DNA of 64,000 bases from Eledone cirrhosa. Its lineage: Eukaryota. The notes under the pieces are model-generated. The model was not told the DNA's origin. It saw nothing but the letters and a program-made list of their open reading frames with translations, and did no database searches. Shown one piece after another: positions 14,205-24,993 of the stretch (position 1 is the stretch's first letter; every line of letters begins with the position of its first letter). The position numbers were made by a program, and so were the translations under genes. The stretch is taken from the NCBI GenBank assembly GCA_964016885.1, contig OZ024743.1:332816001-332880000 (forward strand). Reading direction: 5' to 3'.

Positions 14205-14425
14205 CACACACTTATTCCTGAAAGGGAGCAGATTCCTCAAACACTCCTTCCAGTAGGTCCTGTCAGAAGCAACCGTCTCCAACTGATCTGGCTAGATCCT
14301 CAAGTGAGGCCAGCTAAGGTCATGGATGTTATCCAATCATCTTGCTTGGGGTCTACTCTAGGGTCTCCTGCTAGTTGGTTTTACCCAGCAATTCTTTTCT
14401 AAGACATTCTAACCACATGTCCATG
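14205..14425 (-). mobile_element. Old RTE-clade (Expander/Rex3-like) LINE 3' fragment
   Basis: Similar to 36715-36985, 49890-50240 and 51300-51680, which encode an RG.P..RW.D.I C-terminal motif. Confidence 0.6.
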
Positions 14426-14565
14426 TCTTGGGCATATTTAAACCCTCCATCATCATTTTATGTAAGAAAAATTTAAGTTAACTATTATAATAGTCTACAC
14501 CAACCAAGTAGCTCTCATTAGCTGTTCCAACAATACCAACAACAACAATAACAATAAATACTCAC

Positions 14566-14627
14566 TTTTTGACATCTTCTTCATCATTATAGTTCCAGCG
14601 TGACTGCTGGTAGGACAATGCAAATAT
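14566..14627 (-). CDS. GANAB: GANAB-like exon 9 (IFALSYQQSRWNYNDEEDVK)
   Basis: Matches GH31 (L)F.L.YHQSRWNY.DE.DV; ttccAG / AA|GTGAGT; phase 0-2. Confidence 0.95.
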
Positions 14628-14871
14628 CTGGAAATAAATAAACATTGACAATGTTTTTATAACTAACTGTACACTTTAGTGTGATGGGGAGGATGAGGAT
14701 AGGGAAGAATAATGATGAATAGGAGACAGGGAGGGGGTAAAAGGGAGGTGTAGGTGGGGGGTGAAGGAAGAGGAGAGGGGAGAGGGATGAAAATGAGGGA
14801 AAAGGATGGGGATAGGGAAAAGAATGAGAAGAAATAATAAGAAACATTAACAATTTTATGGCCCTTTTAAT

Positions 14872-15098
14872 TTTAATCCCTTTGGTAGCAACTCGCCCAA
14901 AATTGCCTCTGCTTTGAAAGGTTTCTATTTAAATAAAAAATGTTCAACATAATTTGATATAAGAACCTTTTGTTAAGTAATTGCAAATACCATTTTAATA
15001 ATGAAATAATTAACAATTTAAGTAAATTCCTTCAAAGTTTCCATTAATTGATTAATTAAAACAATGATTTTTATGAAAAATACAGTCATGAAGAGTAA
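14872..15098. mobile_element. Degenerate copy of the piggyBac-like MITE family
   Basis: TTAATCCCTTTGGTAGCAAC start and internal similarity to 34723-34949. Confidence 0.5.
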
Positions 15099-15248
15099 AG
15101 AAAAAACTGATAAAACCTCTTTTTAAGGTATTTTGTTGCAATTTGTAAAATCTAAGGAGAAATTTAGTGAAACAAGATGTATTTAATCAAATAGATACAC
15201 ATACATATATACATACATATTGTTTTAAGGTAATTAAAGAAAACCTAC

Positions 15249-15422
15249 TGGTGGAAGTGGTGTGGTTCCAGTGAGTAATGAATACTGATAAAATACATCT
15301 TGTGGCTTTGGTCCCAGCATTATAAACACATCTATGATACCACTCTCAGAAAACCAATGGGAATCTGTCTGCGGAATTTCTTGGTCACCTTTTACATAGT
15401 CCATCATCTTCTTAAATAAATT
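15249..15422 (-). CDS. GANAB: GANAB-like exon 8 ([58 protein letters not shown])
   Basis: Matches glucosidase II alpha KMMDY...PQTD..W.SE.GIIDVF..LGP...DVF.QY..LTGT..LPP; ttgtAG / CCA|GTAGGT; 174 nt, phase 0-0. Confidence 0.96.
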
Positions 15423-16188
15423 CTACAAGAGTTAAAGAGATAAGAAGGTGGTGCTATTAAGTTAGACATGACATGGGCCAATATTAGCCAAAAGTTATGA
15501 AAGTTTATATATAGACATTTCCATGCTAGCATGGAAAATAGACATTTAACGAAGATGATGATAATATAATATATATACACACACACATATATTACATATA
15601 CAAACACACACACTAGGTAGAACATAAGAAAGGTATCATAAATTTACAAAAATCATCATCCATCATCCGTTTGTTCCCCAAAATACACAATGAAATCCAC
15701 ATTTTCTTAAGCTTTAACATGCTGTACCAAATGCAATTACCTTAGCAAGACATTTTTGAAAAATAGAAAATAATACTATGATTACATCATATTAAATATC
15801 AAAGCCTTTGATACTGAAAATGTTCATAATCTGTCCACTAATGACGATATTAAAAACATTTGAATACTTTCTGTTAAATCATTACAGGGTGTTAAAAGTC
15901 AAAGATCCATCTTTAGATGCTGACAGAATCAGCAATTAAGTTTCAGTGTGGATCACCGAGTGTTCAGAAATCTCCTGCCGTTCCAGCCTTTTCTACTTGC
16001 CATCCCTATTAATCAAATATCCTATTTACATTATATCTCTTTATTCATTGTCTTCAACTACCAGTATTGTACCCCATGGATTACACCCTGGGTTTTGTGT
16101 CTTGCATGTTTTGACCTGAATAACACATTGAGCTTCAATGTGCCTTGTTAAAACACTAGTGATTTTTCCACTTTCAATTATTCTCGTA

Positions 16189-16523
16189 TCATCATTTCAT
16201 TTTACGTCCGCTTTTTCCCTGCTTGCAAGGGTGGGACGGGAACTGATTCTGGCTTGATTTCTACAGCTGGATGCCCTTCCTAACATCAACCTCATTTACA
16301 GTGAGTGCTGAGTGTTTTTTTTGCCATGGCACCTCTACGACCACTTTGCAGTGGAATGATAGGGACCCCAGTCCCTATCATCTCATTTCTACAGCTGAGT
16401 AAACTGGAGCAATGTGAAAAATAAAGTGTCTTGCTCAAGGAATCAACACATCACCCGGTCTGAGAATTGAACTCACAACCTTTTGATTGCAAAGCCAATG
16501 CTCTAACCACTAAGCCATGTGCC
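16189..16523 (-). mobile_element. tRNA-derived CORE-type SINE, full length (short-tail form)
   Basis: Reverse complement shows A box TGGCTTAGTGG, B box GAGTTCAATTC, CORE-like CCTTGAGCAAGACACTT...CAGTTTACTCAGCTGTAGAAATG, RTE-like tail and (TGA)n end; near-identical to 20015, 43955 and 45901 copies. Confidence 0.9.
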
Positions 16524-16545
16524 TCCATCGTATATATATATATAT

Positions 16546-16797
16546 ATCATCATCATCATTTTACGTCCACTTTTCCCTGCTTGCAAGGGGTGTGTGTGTG
16601 TGCATGTGCGTGTGTGTATAAAAAAAGCACCCAGCCCACACTGTAAAGTGGACGTGTAGGCGCCACGGAAAAAAAAGCACCCAACACTCACTGTAAATGA
16701 GGTTGGTGTTAGGAAGCTGTAGAAATCAAGCCGAAATCAGTTCCCGTCCCACCCTTGCAAGCAGGGTAAAGCGGACGTAAAATGATGATGATGATGA
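16546..16797. mobile_element. Two SINE 3' tails in opposite orientation separated by a (GT)n tract
   Basis: 16546-16590 is a minus-strand tail and 16620-16797 a plus-strand tail ending (ATG)n. Confidence 0.8.
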
Positions 16798-16974
16798 TAT
16801 ATCAGGATTGAACCATTTTAAAACTAGTTAGATCATTACTCAACAGAGTACTCAATACTTGGGGTAGTAGAGTATGGCTATATTATAAAGACTCTTTATA
16901 ATATATATAGTAATAATAATAAATTTGAAGACTAAAATCCAAAGAGGGCTCGATAAGGATAAATATATATCAGA

Positions 16975-18450
16975 TATCTAATCAGAGAGCGAATTGACCA
17001 AGATGAAATGCAGTTCGGGTTTGTGTCAGGTAAAAGTACCACAGACGCTATTTTCATTGTACGACAACTACAGGAGAAGTACCTAGCTAAAAGTAAACCC
17101 CTATACTTAGCTTTTGTTGACTTGGAGAAAGCCTTTGACAGAGTCCCCCGCTCCATTATCTGGTGGGCTCTCAGAAAACTAGGTGTTGATGAATGGCTTG
17201 TGAGAGCTATACAAGCCATGTATAAAGAAACAGTCAGCAAGGTTAGAATTAACAACGAATATAGTGAAGAGTTTAGCGTAAAAGTTGGTGTTCATCAGGG
17301 CTCCGTCCTTAGCTATTTATTATTGCCCTTCAGACTATAACAGAGGAGTTCAAGACCGGCTGCCCATGGGAACTCCTATATGCAGATGATCTAACGCTCA
17401 TAGCTGAATCAATGGCCGAACTAGAGAAGAAATTCCAAATATGGAAGCATGGCCTAGAATCAAAAGGCCTTAAAATTAACCTGTCTAAGACTAAAGTTCT
17501 AGTTTGTAGGAAGGAAAATAGGGCACCAGTCCCATCTGGGAAATGGTCATGCTCAGTGTGTAGGAAAGGAGTAGGCAGAAACTCCATTTTATGTCCCAAA
17601 TGCAAAGTATGGGTGCATAAAAGATGTAGTGGGATCACAGGTAAGCTAACTAAGAATATAGATTTTATATGTGGCCAGTGCTCTGGTGCAATAAGTAGCA
17701 GCAAGTGCCCACAGAATACTAGCTCATTCCATTGCACAGATGGTACTATAGAAATAGTGGACACCTTCCATTACCTGGGTGACAAAATCAGCAGTGGTGG
17801 AGGGTGCTCTGAAAGTACAGTAGCTAGAGTCAGAACGGGATGGAAAAAGTTCAGAGAGCTTATACCACTATTGGCCGCTAAAGGGTTCTCTCTAAAAATG
17901 AAAGGCAGGCTGTATGATGCCTGCATACGAACAGCAATGTTGCATGGCAGTGAGACCTGGGCATTGTGTGCAGAGGATATACGCAGACTGGAGAGGAACG
18001 AAGCTTGCATGCTCCGCTGGATGTGTAATAGTAATATACGTGAACGGCAAAGCATAAACGAACTAAGGGAGAAATTAGGAATAAGAGGGATCAGATGCTG
18101 TTTACTCGAGAGAAGACTACGTTGGTACGGTCACGTGATGCGCATGAAAGACGACAGCTGTATAAAAAAGTGCAGGGCGATAAAAATAGATGGTAGCCAC
18201 GGAGTAGGCAGACCCAGAAAAACCTGGGACGACTTGATAAATTCCGACCTCACACACTTACACCTCTCCAAGACAATGTCACTGGACCGAGATCTTTGGC
18301 GCTACACAGTAATACAGAAGACCCACCTTGCCTAAGTACAAAGTGAAACCTACAGTCAGTAGGCGCCTCTAACAAAAATACACTCCGGCCCCACTACCCC
18401 CACCCCATCCACACCACCCCTTCCAATGTAAAGTTATGTTGGTACCACAA
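16975..18450 (+). mobile_element. 5'-truncated RTE-clade LINE (subfamily B): reverse transcriptase, Cys/His finger, C-terminal region and partial 3' UTR; one frameshift near 17315
   Basis: QFGF..GKSTTDAIF, FVDLEKAFDRVP, GVHQGSVLS, LLYADDL, FHYLG, RRLRWYGHV.RM and GRP.KTW motifs in ORFs 17008-17340 and 17412-18335; UTR matches the reverse complement of 62945-63060. Confidence 0.93.
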
Positions 18451-19557
18451 GCCGAAATTGCCTCAGATTTTTTGTTTAAGATGTGGTCTTTGGCGTAGAG
18501 TATTTCCAGGGCCTCAGCGGCGCACAGGTCACATGGTCTTTTATTTCCGTTATACGATCTAGCCTTAGCTAGGATCTCCCAGTGTAACTTATATTGGGTG
18601 TGGTTGTCTTTTAGACTCCAGATATAAGCTGAAAGTGACGTCATATTCCTTCTTAAAGGGTTAAGAAAAGAATGGGTATGCATGTAAAGACGCTGCTTGA
18701 ATCTATTGGCGGTTAACCCTATGTAGGCCCTACGTATAATAGAAATAAAAGACCATGTGACCTGTGCGCCGCTGAGGCCCTGGAAATACTCTACGCCAAA
18801 GACCACATCTTAAACAAAAAATCTGAGGCAATTTCGGCTTGTAAACATAAATTGCACAAAACTTTCCTGTATTACAGCCCCACTTTATACCCTAACGGAT
18901 AGTATGAACTATACACGGATATTTTACGTCTTGATGTGGTAGCTAAGTATATGTTATGTTAATACCATTACTTATTCGTATAGGTAAGTATATATTACCT
19001 GTATGTTTTGTGAAGGTACGTATATTTGCTTGTATATGTTATTGCCGTATATATTATATATACTGGTATATGTGCATTTGGTTATGTGATTACGGGAGTT
19101 TTGCGTCTGTGTGAGTATGCGGGTTCGTACATATGTAGGATGTGTGTATATGTGTACTTTGTGTTTTGGTTGACGTACGTACGCGAACATGTGTCTTTAC
19201 ATGTGGGTGCCTGTGTGCACGCGTTGTATATGTATTTGTGTGTATATTTATATACGTTTATTTAATTATGTATACACGCACACACGTGTATATATATATA
19301 TGTTGTTGTTGTTTGTGTATTTGGTGTATGCGTTCGTATGTGTACGGTACAGGCATTGCGTGGGTTCTGTATGTGCGTGTGTGTGGTTTTTTTGTTGTTG
19401 TGTACGTGCTTGTATTTGCATACCAAATGGGGAGTGGTTTCGCGTATGCTTGTGTATGTACGTATATGGATGTGTGTATGTATATATCTAATTTCAATTA
19501 CCTCTGTATTTTATTTACTTTATTCTTAACTCTGAAGCCGAGAATCATTCGGTTTCC

Positions 19558-19838
19558 TAAATAGAATTTTAGTCTACGACCTCAGTTATAGCATTTACAT
19601 AGGTTTGTCTTTGCATGTAATTGTTCTCATTGCTCCACATATGACGTATTATCTTCATTTTTTCCGTTCATTGCCAGAGAACGTCTCCATGAACCACCTA
19701 ATACAATATTAGTCTATGACTTCATTTATACCATAAATGTGGTTTTGTCTTCGTGTGTAATTGTTTTCACTGCACCAAATAATGACGTATTATCTTCGTT
19801 TTTTTCCGTTCTTTGCCAGGGAATGTTTCCACGAACCA
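19558..19838. repeat. Diverged tandem duplication of about 140 bp
   Basis: TTAGTCTAYGAC...TGTAATTGTT...ATGACGTATTATCTTC...CCGTTC.TTGCCAG...GAACCA occurs twice in tandem. Confidence 0.8.
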
Positions 19839-19916
19839 AAGTATCGTCTTCCTGTCTTCCTTCGGTTGCAATGTTTTTTGAAATATTTACTTCTGCGTTC
19901 ACAGATTGACTTTTTT

Positions 19917-19967
19917 AGTTTCAGAAGATCCTGTTAAGGATGAAAGCAGAAATTCTTTGCTTAAACT
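19917..19967 (+). ncRNA. Candidate degenerate minimal type I hammerhead ribozyme (Penelope-associated)
   Basis: AGTTT-CAGAAGA-TCCT GTTA AGGA-T-GAAA-GCAGA..TTTGC-TT-AAACT: stems I, II and III can pair; core CUGANGA has U-to-A and there is one extra U before GAAA. Confidence 0.45.
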
Positions 19968-20014
19968 TTAATCTGTTATTTTAATAAATATATATATATA
20001 TATATTTATTAAAA

Positions 20015-20345
20015 GCACATGGCTTAGTGGTTAGAGCATTGGCCTTGCAATCAAAAGGTTGTGAGTTCAATTCTCAGACCGGGTGATGCGTTGTTTCCTT
20101 GAGCAAGACACTTTATTTCACATTGCTCCAGTTTACTCAGCTGTAGAAATGAGATGATAGGGACTGGGGTCCATATCACTCCACTACAAAGTGGTCGTGG
20201 AGGTGCCACGGCAAAAAAGCACCCAGCACTCACTGCAAATGAGGTTGGTGTTAGGAAGGGCATCCAGCTGTAGAAATCAAGCCAGAATCAGTCCCCGTCC
20301 CACCCTTGCAAGCAGGGAAAAGTGGACGTAAAAATGAAATGATGA
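20015..20345 (+). mobile_element. tRNA-derived CORE-type SINE, full length (short-tail form)
   Basis: A box TGGCTTAGTGG, B box GAGTTCAATTC, CORE-like middle, GGAAGGGCATCCAGCTGTAGAAA tail, GGACGTAAAAATG end. Confidence 0.9.
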
Positions 20346-20482
20346 AAAAAATGATATATACACATTCATATATCTGCTCATTCCTTTCCAATCAGTTCAG
20401 ATTTTCAGTAGTAAAAATTTTTCTGCCAAACATTGTCACCTTTCTTACAACTGCCTCATAAGGCTTGCCATTTTTATGGACA

Positions 20483-21417
20483 CATCATCATCATCATCAT
20501 CACCGTTTTACGTCCGTTCTTCCACGCTAGCATGGGTTAGACGGGTTGTCCTGTTGTGGGCAGTGTCTGGTCGGCTGACCATGCCTTGCTCATACAGGAA
20601 CTGATCTGGCTTGATTTCTACAGCTGGATGCCCTTCCTAACACCAACCTCATTTACAGTGAGTGCTGGGTGCTTTTTCGTGGCGCCTACACGTCCACTTT
20701 ACAGTGTGGGCTGGGTGCTTTTTTTGCTGTGGCACCTCCACGACCACCTTGCGGTGGGAGGAGGGGGCATATTGTTTATATGCTTCAGCATGTACCCATG
20801 GGAGGTCGGGTACCCTGTATTACTGCGTGACGCCAGAAGTCACGGTCGTGTGTCATTGACTTTGAGAGGTGTAGTTGGGTAAGGTCGGCTTTTATCACCT
20901 CATCCCAAGTCATCTTGGGTCTCCCCACTCCGCGGTTTCCATCAACTTCTAGTGCTCTGCACCTTTTTATGCAGCTGTCATCCTTCATACGCATCACATG
21001 TCCATACCAGCGTAACCGCCTCTCCTGCACGCAGCATTTGATTCCTCTTATGCTCAGTCTCTCTCTCAATTCCTTTATGCTTTGTCGTTCACGTATATTA
21101 CTGTTACACATCCATCGGAGCATGCAGGCTTCGTTTCTCTCTAATCTACGTAAGTCTTCCACCTTCAGCGCCCAGGTCTCACTACCATGCAACATCGCTG
21201 TTCGGATACACGCATCATACAGTCTGCCTTTCATTCTGAGGGAGAAGCCTTTTGCAGCTAGCAGTGGTAGTAGTTCCCTAAACTTCTTCCATCCCGTTCT
21301 TACCCTAGTTATTGTACTTTCTGAGCACCCACCTCCGTTGCTAATTCGGTCACCTAGGTAGCAGAAGCTGTCTACTGTTTCTACAGGGCCCTCCCAGAGA
21401 TTGGTGGTACTTGTTTC
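20483..21417 (-). mobile_element. 5'-truncated RTE-clade LINE (subfamily A) with complete 3' UTR and (TGA)n tail
   Basis: ORF 20785-21234 (KGRLYDACIR...RRLRWYGHVMRM...GRPKMTW) nearly identical to 49038-49487. Confidence 0.93.
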
Positions 21418-21654
21418 AGAAACCCTTTATCATTAATAAGGGGCCAGCCCTTGCTAACAGGGAAAGCAAACATTAAACAATATTGATGGCTGTGTAGTTA
21501 AGAAGATCCCTTTTCAACCAAGTGGCTTAAGGTTTTATCCTTCTCATCACTGTATTTACCGCCTTAGGCAAGTGTCTTCTGTAATAGCTTCAGGTTGAAC
21601 AAAGTCTTCTGAATAAATTTGTTCTCAGGAAACTGCACACAAGTCCATCATATG

Positions 21655-21795
21655 CATGTGTGTGTGTGTGTATGCATGTATGTATGTATATGTGTGTGTG
21701 TATGCATGTATGTATATGTGTGTATGTATGTGTGCGTGTATGCGTTTATGTATGTATGTGTGTGCTTGCGTGCGTGCTTGTTTGTTTGTTTGTGT
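21655..21795. repeat. (GT)n/(GTAT)n/(GTTT)n compound microsatellite
   Basis: Direct inspection. Confidence 0.9.
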
Positions 21796-22064
21796 CGTTG
21801 CTTCACATTCAACGGTTGTTTATGTCCAAAGCAAGCAGAAATCATGCAGCTCTGGTTACATGTGCAAACAAATAGCCATATTCTACTTACAAAACAACTG
21901 AGTATTGGCACCTCAAAATGTCTTGTCCAACCCATGCTCACATGGGAAAATGGATGTGACAATGATGATGATGAACAGTGACAGTTTCCTGACCTTCTGT
22001 TCAACCTCCCCACCCCAGTTTTAAATATCAACAATGTTAGAAAAAGAAACTCAGAGTTCCTTAC

Positions 22065-22143
22065 TTTATCAGCAACATTTGAAGTGATATCAACCCAAGT
22101 TTCTGCAGCATTATGCCAAAATACTCCTACAGTTCGTTCCTCA
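22065..22143 (-). CDS. GANAB: GANAB-like exon 7 (NEERTVGVFWHNAAETWVDITSNVADK)
   Basis: G.FW.NAAETWVDI motif; attcAG / AAA|GTAAGG; phase 2-0. Confidence 0.96.
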
Positions 22144-22218
22144 CTGAATGGAGACGATAAAAAATGTTTTAAAAAAACAGGAAACTTTAAAAGAGAAGAA
22201 ATATAACTGCATACAGAA

Positions 22219-24096
22219 AAATTTAGTGAAGGTATGTGGCCTAATGGTTAGGATGTTAAACTTACAACTGTAATATCATAGGGTTTAATTTAGTGAAGGT
22301 ATGTGGCCTAATGGTTAGGATGTTAAACTTACAACTGTAATATCATAGGGTTTAATTTAGTGAAGGTATGTGGCCTAATGGTTAGGATGTTAAACTTACA
22401 ACTGTAATATCATAGGGTTTAATTTAGTGAAGGTATGTGGCCTAATGGTTAGGATGATAAACTTACAACTGTAATATCATAAGGTTTAATTTAGTGAAGG
22501 TATGTGGCCTAATGGTTAGGATGTTAAACTTACAACTGTAATATCATAGGGTTTAATTTAGTGAAGGTATGTGGCCTAATGGTTAGGATGTTAAACTTAC
22601 AACTGTAATATCATAGGGTTTAATTTAGTGAAGGTATGTGGCCTAATGGTTAGGATGATAAACTTACAACTGTAATATCATAAGGTTTAATTTAGTGAAG
22701 GTATGTGGCCTAATGGTTAGGATGTTAAACTTACAACTGTAATATCATAGGGTTTAATTTAGTGAAGGTATGTGGCCTAATGGTTAGGATGTTAAACTTA
22801 CAACTGTAATATCATAGGGTTTAATTTAGTGAAGGTATGTGGCCTAATGGTTAGGATGTTAAACTTACAACTGTAATATCATCGGGTTTAATTTAGTGAA
22901 GGCATGTGGCCTAATGGTTAGGATGTTAAACTTACAACTGTAATATCATAGGGTTTAATTTAGTGAAGGTATGTGGCCTAATGGTTAGGATGTTAAACTT
23001 ACAACTGTAATATCATAGGGTTTAATTTAGTGATGGTATGTGTCTTAGTGGTTAGGATGTTAAACTTACAACTGTAATATCATAGGGTTTAATTTAGTGA
23101 TGGTATGTGGCCTAATGGTTAGGATGTTAAACTTACAACTGTAATATCATAGGGTTTAATTTAGTGAAGGTATGTGGCCTAATGGTTAGGATGTTAAACT
23201 TACAACTGTAATATCATCGGGTTTAATTTAGTGAAGGTATGTGGCCTAATGGTTAGGATGTTAAACTTACAACTGTAATATCATAGGGTTTAATTTAGTG
23301 AAGGTATGTGGCCTAATGGTTAGGATGTTAAACTTACAACTGTAATATCATCGGGTTTAATTTAGTGAAGGTATGTGGCCTAATGGTTAGGATGTTAAAC
23401 TTACAACTGTAATATCATCGGGTTTAATTTAGTGAAGGTATGTGGCCTAATGGTTAGGATGTTAAACTTACAACTGTAATATCATAGGGTTTAATTTAGT
23501 GAAGGTATGTGGCCTAATGGTTAGGATGTTAAACTTACAACTGTAATATCATCGGGTTTAATTTAGTGAAGGTATGTGGCCTAATGGTTAGGATGTTAAA
23601 CTTACAACTGTAATATCATAGGGTTTAATTTAGTGAAGGTATGTGGCCTAATGGTTAGGATGTTAAACTTACAACTGTAATATCATCGGGTTTAATTTAG
23701 TGAAGGTATGTGGCCTAATGGTTAGGATGTTAAACTTACAACTGTAATATCATCGGGTTTAATTTAGTGAAGGTATGTGGCCTAATGGTTAGGATGTTAA
23801 ACTTACAACTGTAATATCATAGGGTTTAATTTAGTGAAGGTATGTGGCCTAATGGTTAGGATGTTAAACTTACAACTGTAATATCATAGGGTTTAATTTA
23901 GTGAAGGTATGTGGCCTAATGGTTAGGATGTTAAACTTACAACTGTAATATCATCGGGTTTAATTTAGTGAAGGTATGTGGCCTAATGGTTAGGATGTTA
24001 AACTTACAACTGTAATATCATAGGGTTTAATTTAGTGAAGGTATGTGGCCTAATGGTTAGGATGTTAAACTTACAACTGTAATATCATAGGGTTTA
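22219..24096. repeat. Satellite 2: 28 near-identical 67-bp units (AATTTAGTGAAGGTATGTGGCCTAATGGTTAGGATGTTAAACTTACAACTGTAATATCATAGGGTTT), derived from a SINE head
   Basis: ATTTAG recurs at 22221, 22288, 22355 ... 24097 (28 x 67); the last unit runs into a SINE body. Confidence 0.97.
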
Positions 24097-24252
24097 ATTT
24101 AGTGATGGTATGTGGCCTAGTGGTTAGGATGTTAAATGTATGAGTGTAATGTCATAGGTTAGATTCCTGGACCGGCTTGTGTGTTCTATTCTTGAGCAAA
24201 ACACTTCATTTCTTGTTGCTTCAGTCAACTTAGCCGAAAATGAGTAGCAGGA
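24097..24252 (+). mobile_element. Older tRNA-derived CORE-type SINE, parent of satellite 2
   Basis: TGGCCTAGTGGTTAGG A box, GGTTAGATTCC degenerate B box, CTTGAGCAAAACACTTCATTTC...CAGTCAACTTAGC.GAAAATGAG CORE-like segment. Confidence 0.8.
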
Positions 24253-24719
24253 TATCTAGGATTGACTGTCTAATGTGTTCTATTTTAATGACAGTAAAGT
24301 GTAATTTGAGGCAAATTTGGTTGCCTTTTTTTAACAGGTAGAATGAGCTCGTAGTGGCACCCTCATTTACTTGAAATTTTTGAGTTAGTATGAGAAATAT
24401 ATGGGGAGTTGACCAAATAGACTTTTCAGACCTTGCTAAACTGGGAAACAGGAGGCTGTTGAAGGAAATGAATTCAATTAAACTCTTATTAGACTAAATT
24501 TAGTTACAGAGAAAATAAGCATTGCCAAGGTAAAGAAGATGGAGTTCTGATAGGTAAGATTTAGATAAAGTTTTTAGCATGGGGTTGTTAGGGAGGAGAT
24601 GAAGGAGGTGGAGAAAATAGAAGGGGTTCTTAGCACTTAGGGGACTAAGACACTTCATGGGCCTTCACCTTAATTAACAGGCATGAGAAACCAGAGAAAA
24701 TTTTGCACCAATTCACACC

Positions 24720-24912
24720 TGAATCAGGAGGTCAATTGATGCTCCTTACCTCTTAACTCTTCTAGCGATGTCTCAGGAGGGGGCAATTATTTCTTCTCTT
24801 CACCCCTTCTGGCTATACCTCTGGAGGGGTCAATTGGTGCCCCTTACTATTTCTAGCTATGCCTCTGAAGGGGGAAATTGATGCTCTTCACCCCCTATTG
24901 TTATGCCCCTGG
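24720..24912. repeat. Degenerate tandem repeat of about 45 bp, about 4 units (GGAGGGG.CAATTG.TGC.C.T.AC...TTCTAGCTATGCCTCT)
   Basis: Recurrent motif visible by eye. Confidence 0.55.
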
Positions 24913-24993
24913 CTCAAAGGTGAAAAATAAAATCATGCTTTTGTATTAAAAAAACAAAAAAAATAACATTGAAAACAATGTATCAGTACATAC

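Larger units (their letters stand above)
18447..19990. mobile_element. Penelope-like element remnant: inverted GIY-YIG endonuclease fragment (18447-18730, minus) followed by plus-strand ORF end and 3' terminal region
   Basis: Minus ORF contains YIGLT..FKQR..H..SF, TSLS.YIW.LK, CDLC..E and LNKKSE..SAC; 110-bp inverted repeat 18447-18556/18733-18842; hammerhead-like motif and AATAAA near 19917-19988. Confidence 0.75.

Noticed and set aside
14600-14614. YQQSRW instead of the usual YHQSRW as a functional change
   Set aside because: Q at this position occurs in other GH31 enzymes and it is not a catalytic residue; not interpretable without an alignment.
18972-19564. Overlapping Cys/Val/Tyr-rich ORFs (also 21619-22034)
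   Set aside because: Translation of degenerate (GT/AT)n microsatellite sequence.
20015-20090. tRNA gene
   Set aside because: A/B boxes are followed by CORE and LINE-tail sequence in many dispersed copies; this is a SINE head with no convincing cloverleaf or terminator.
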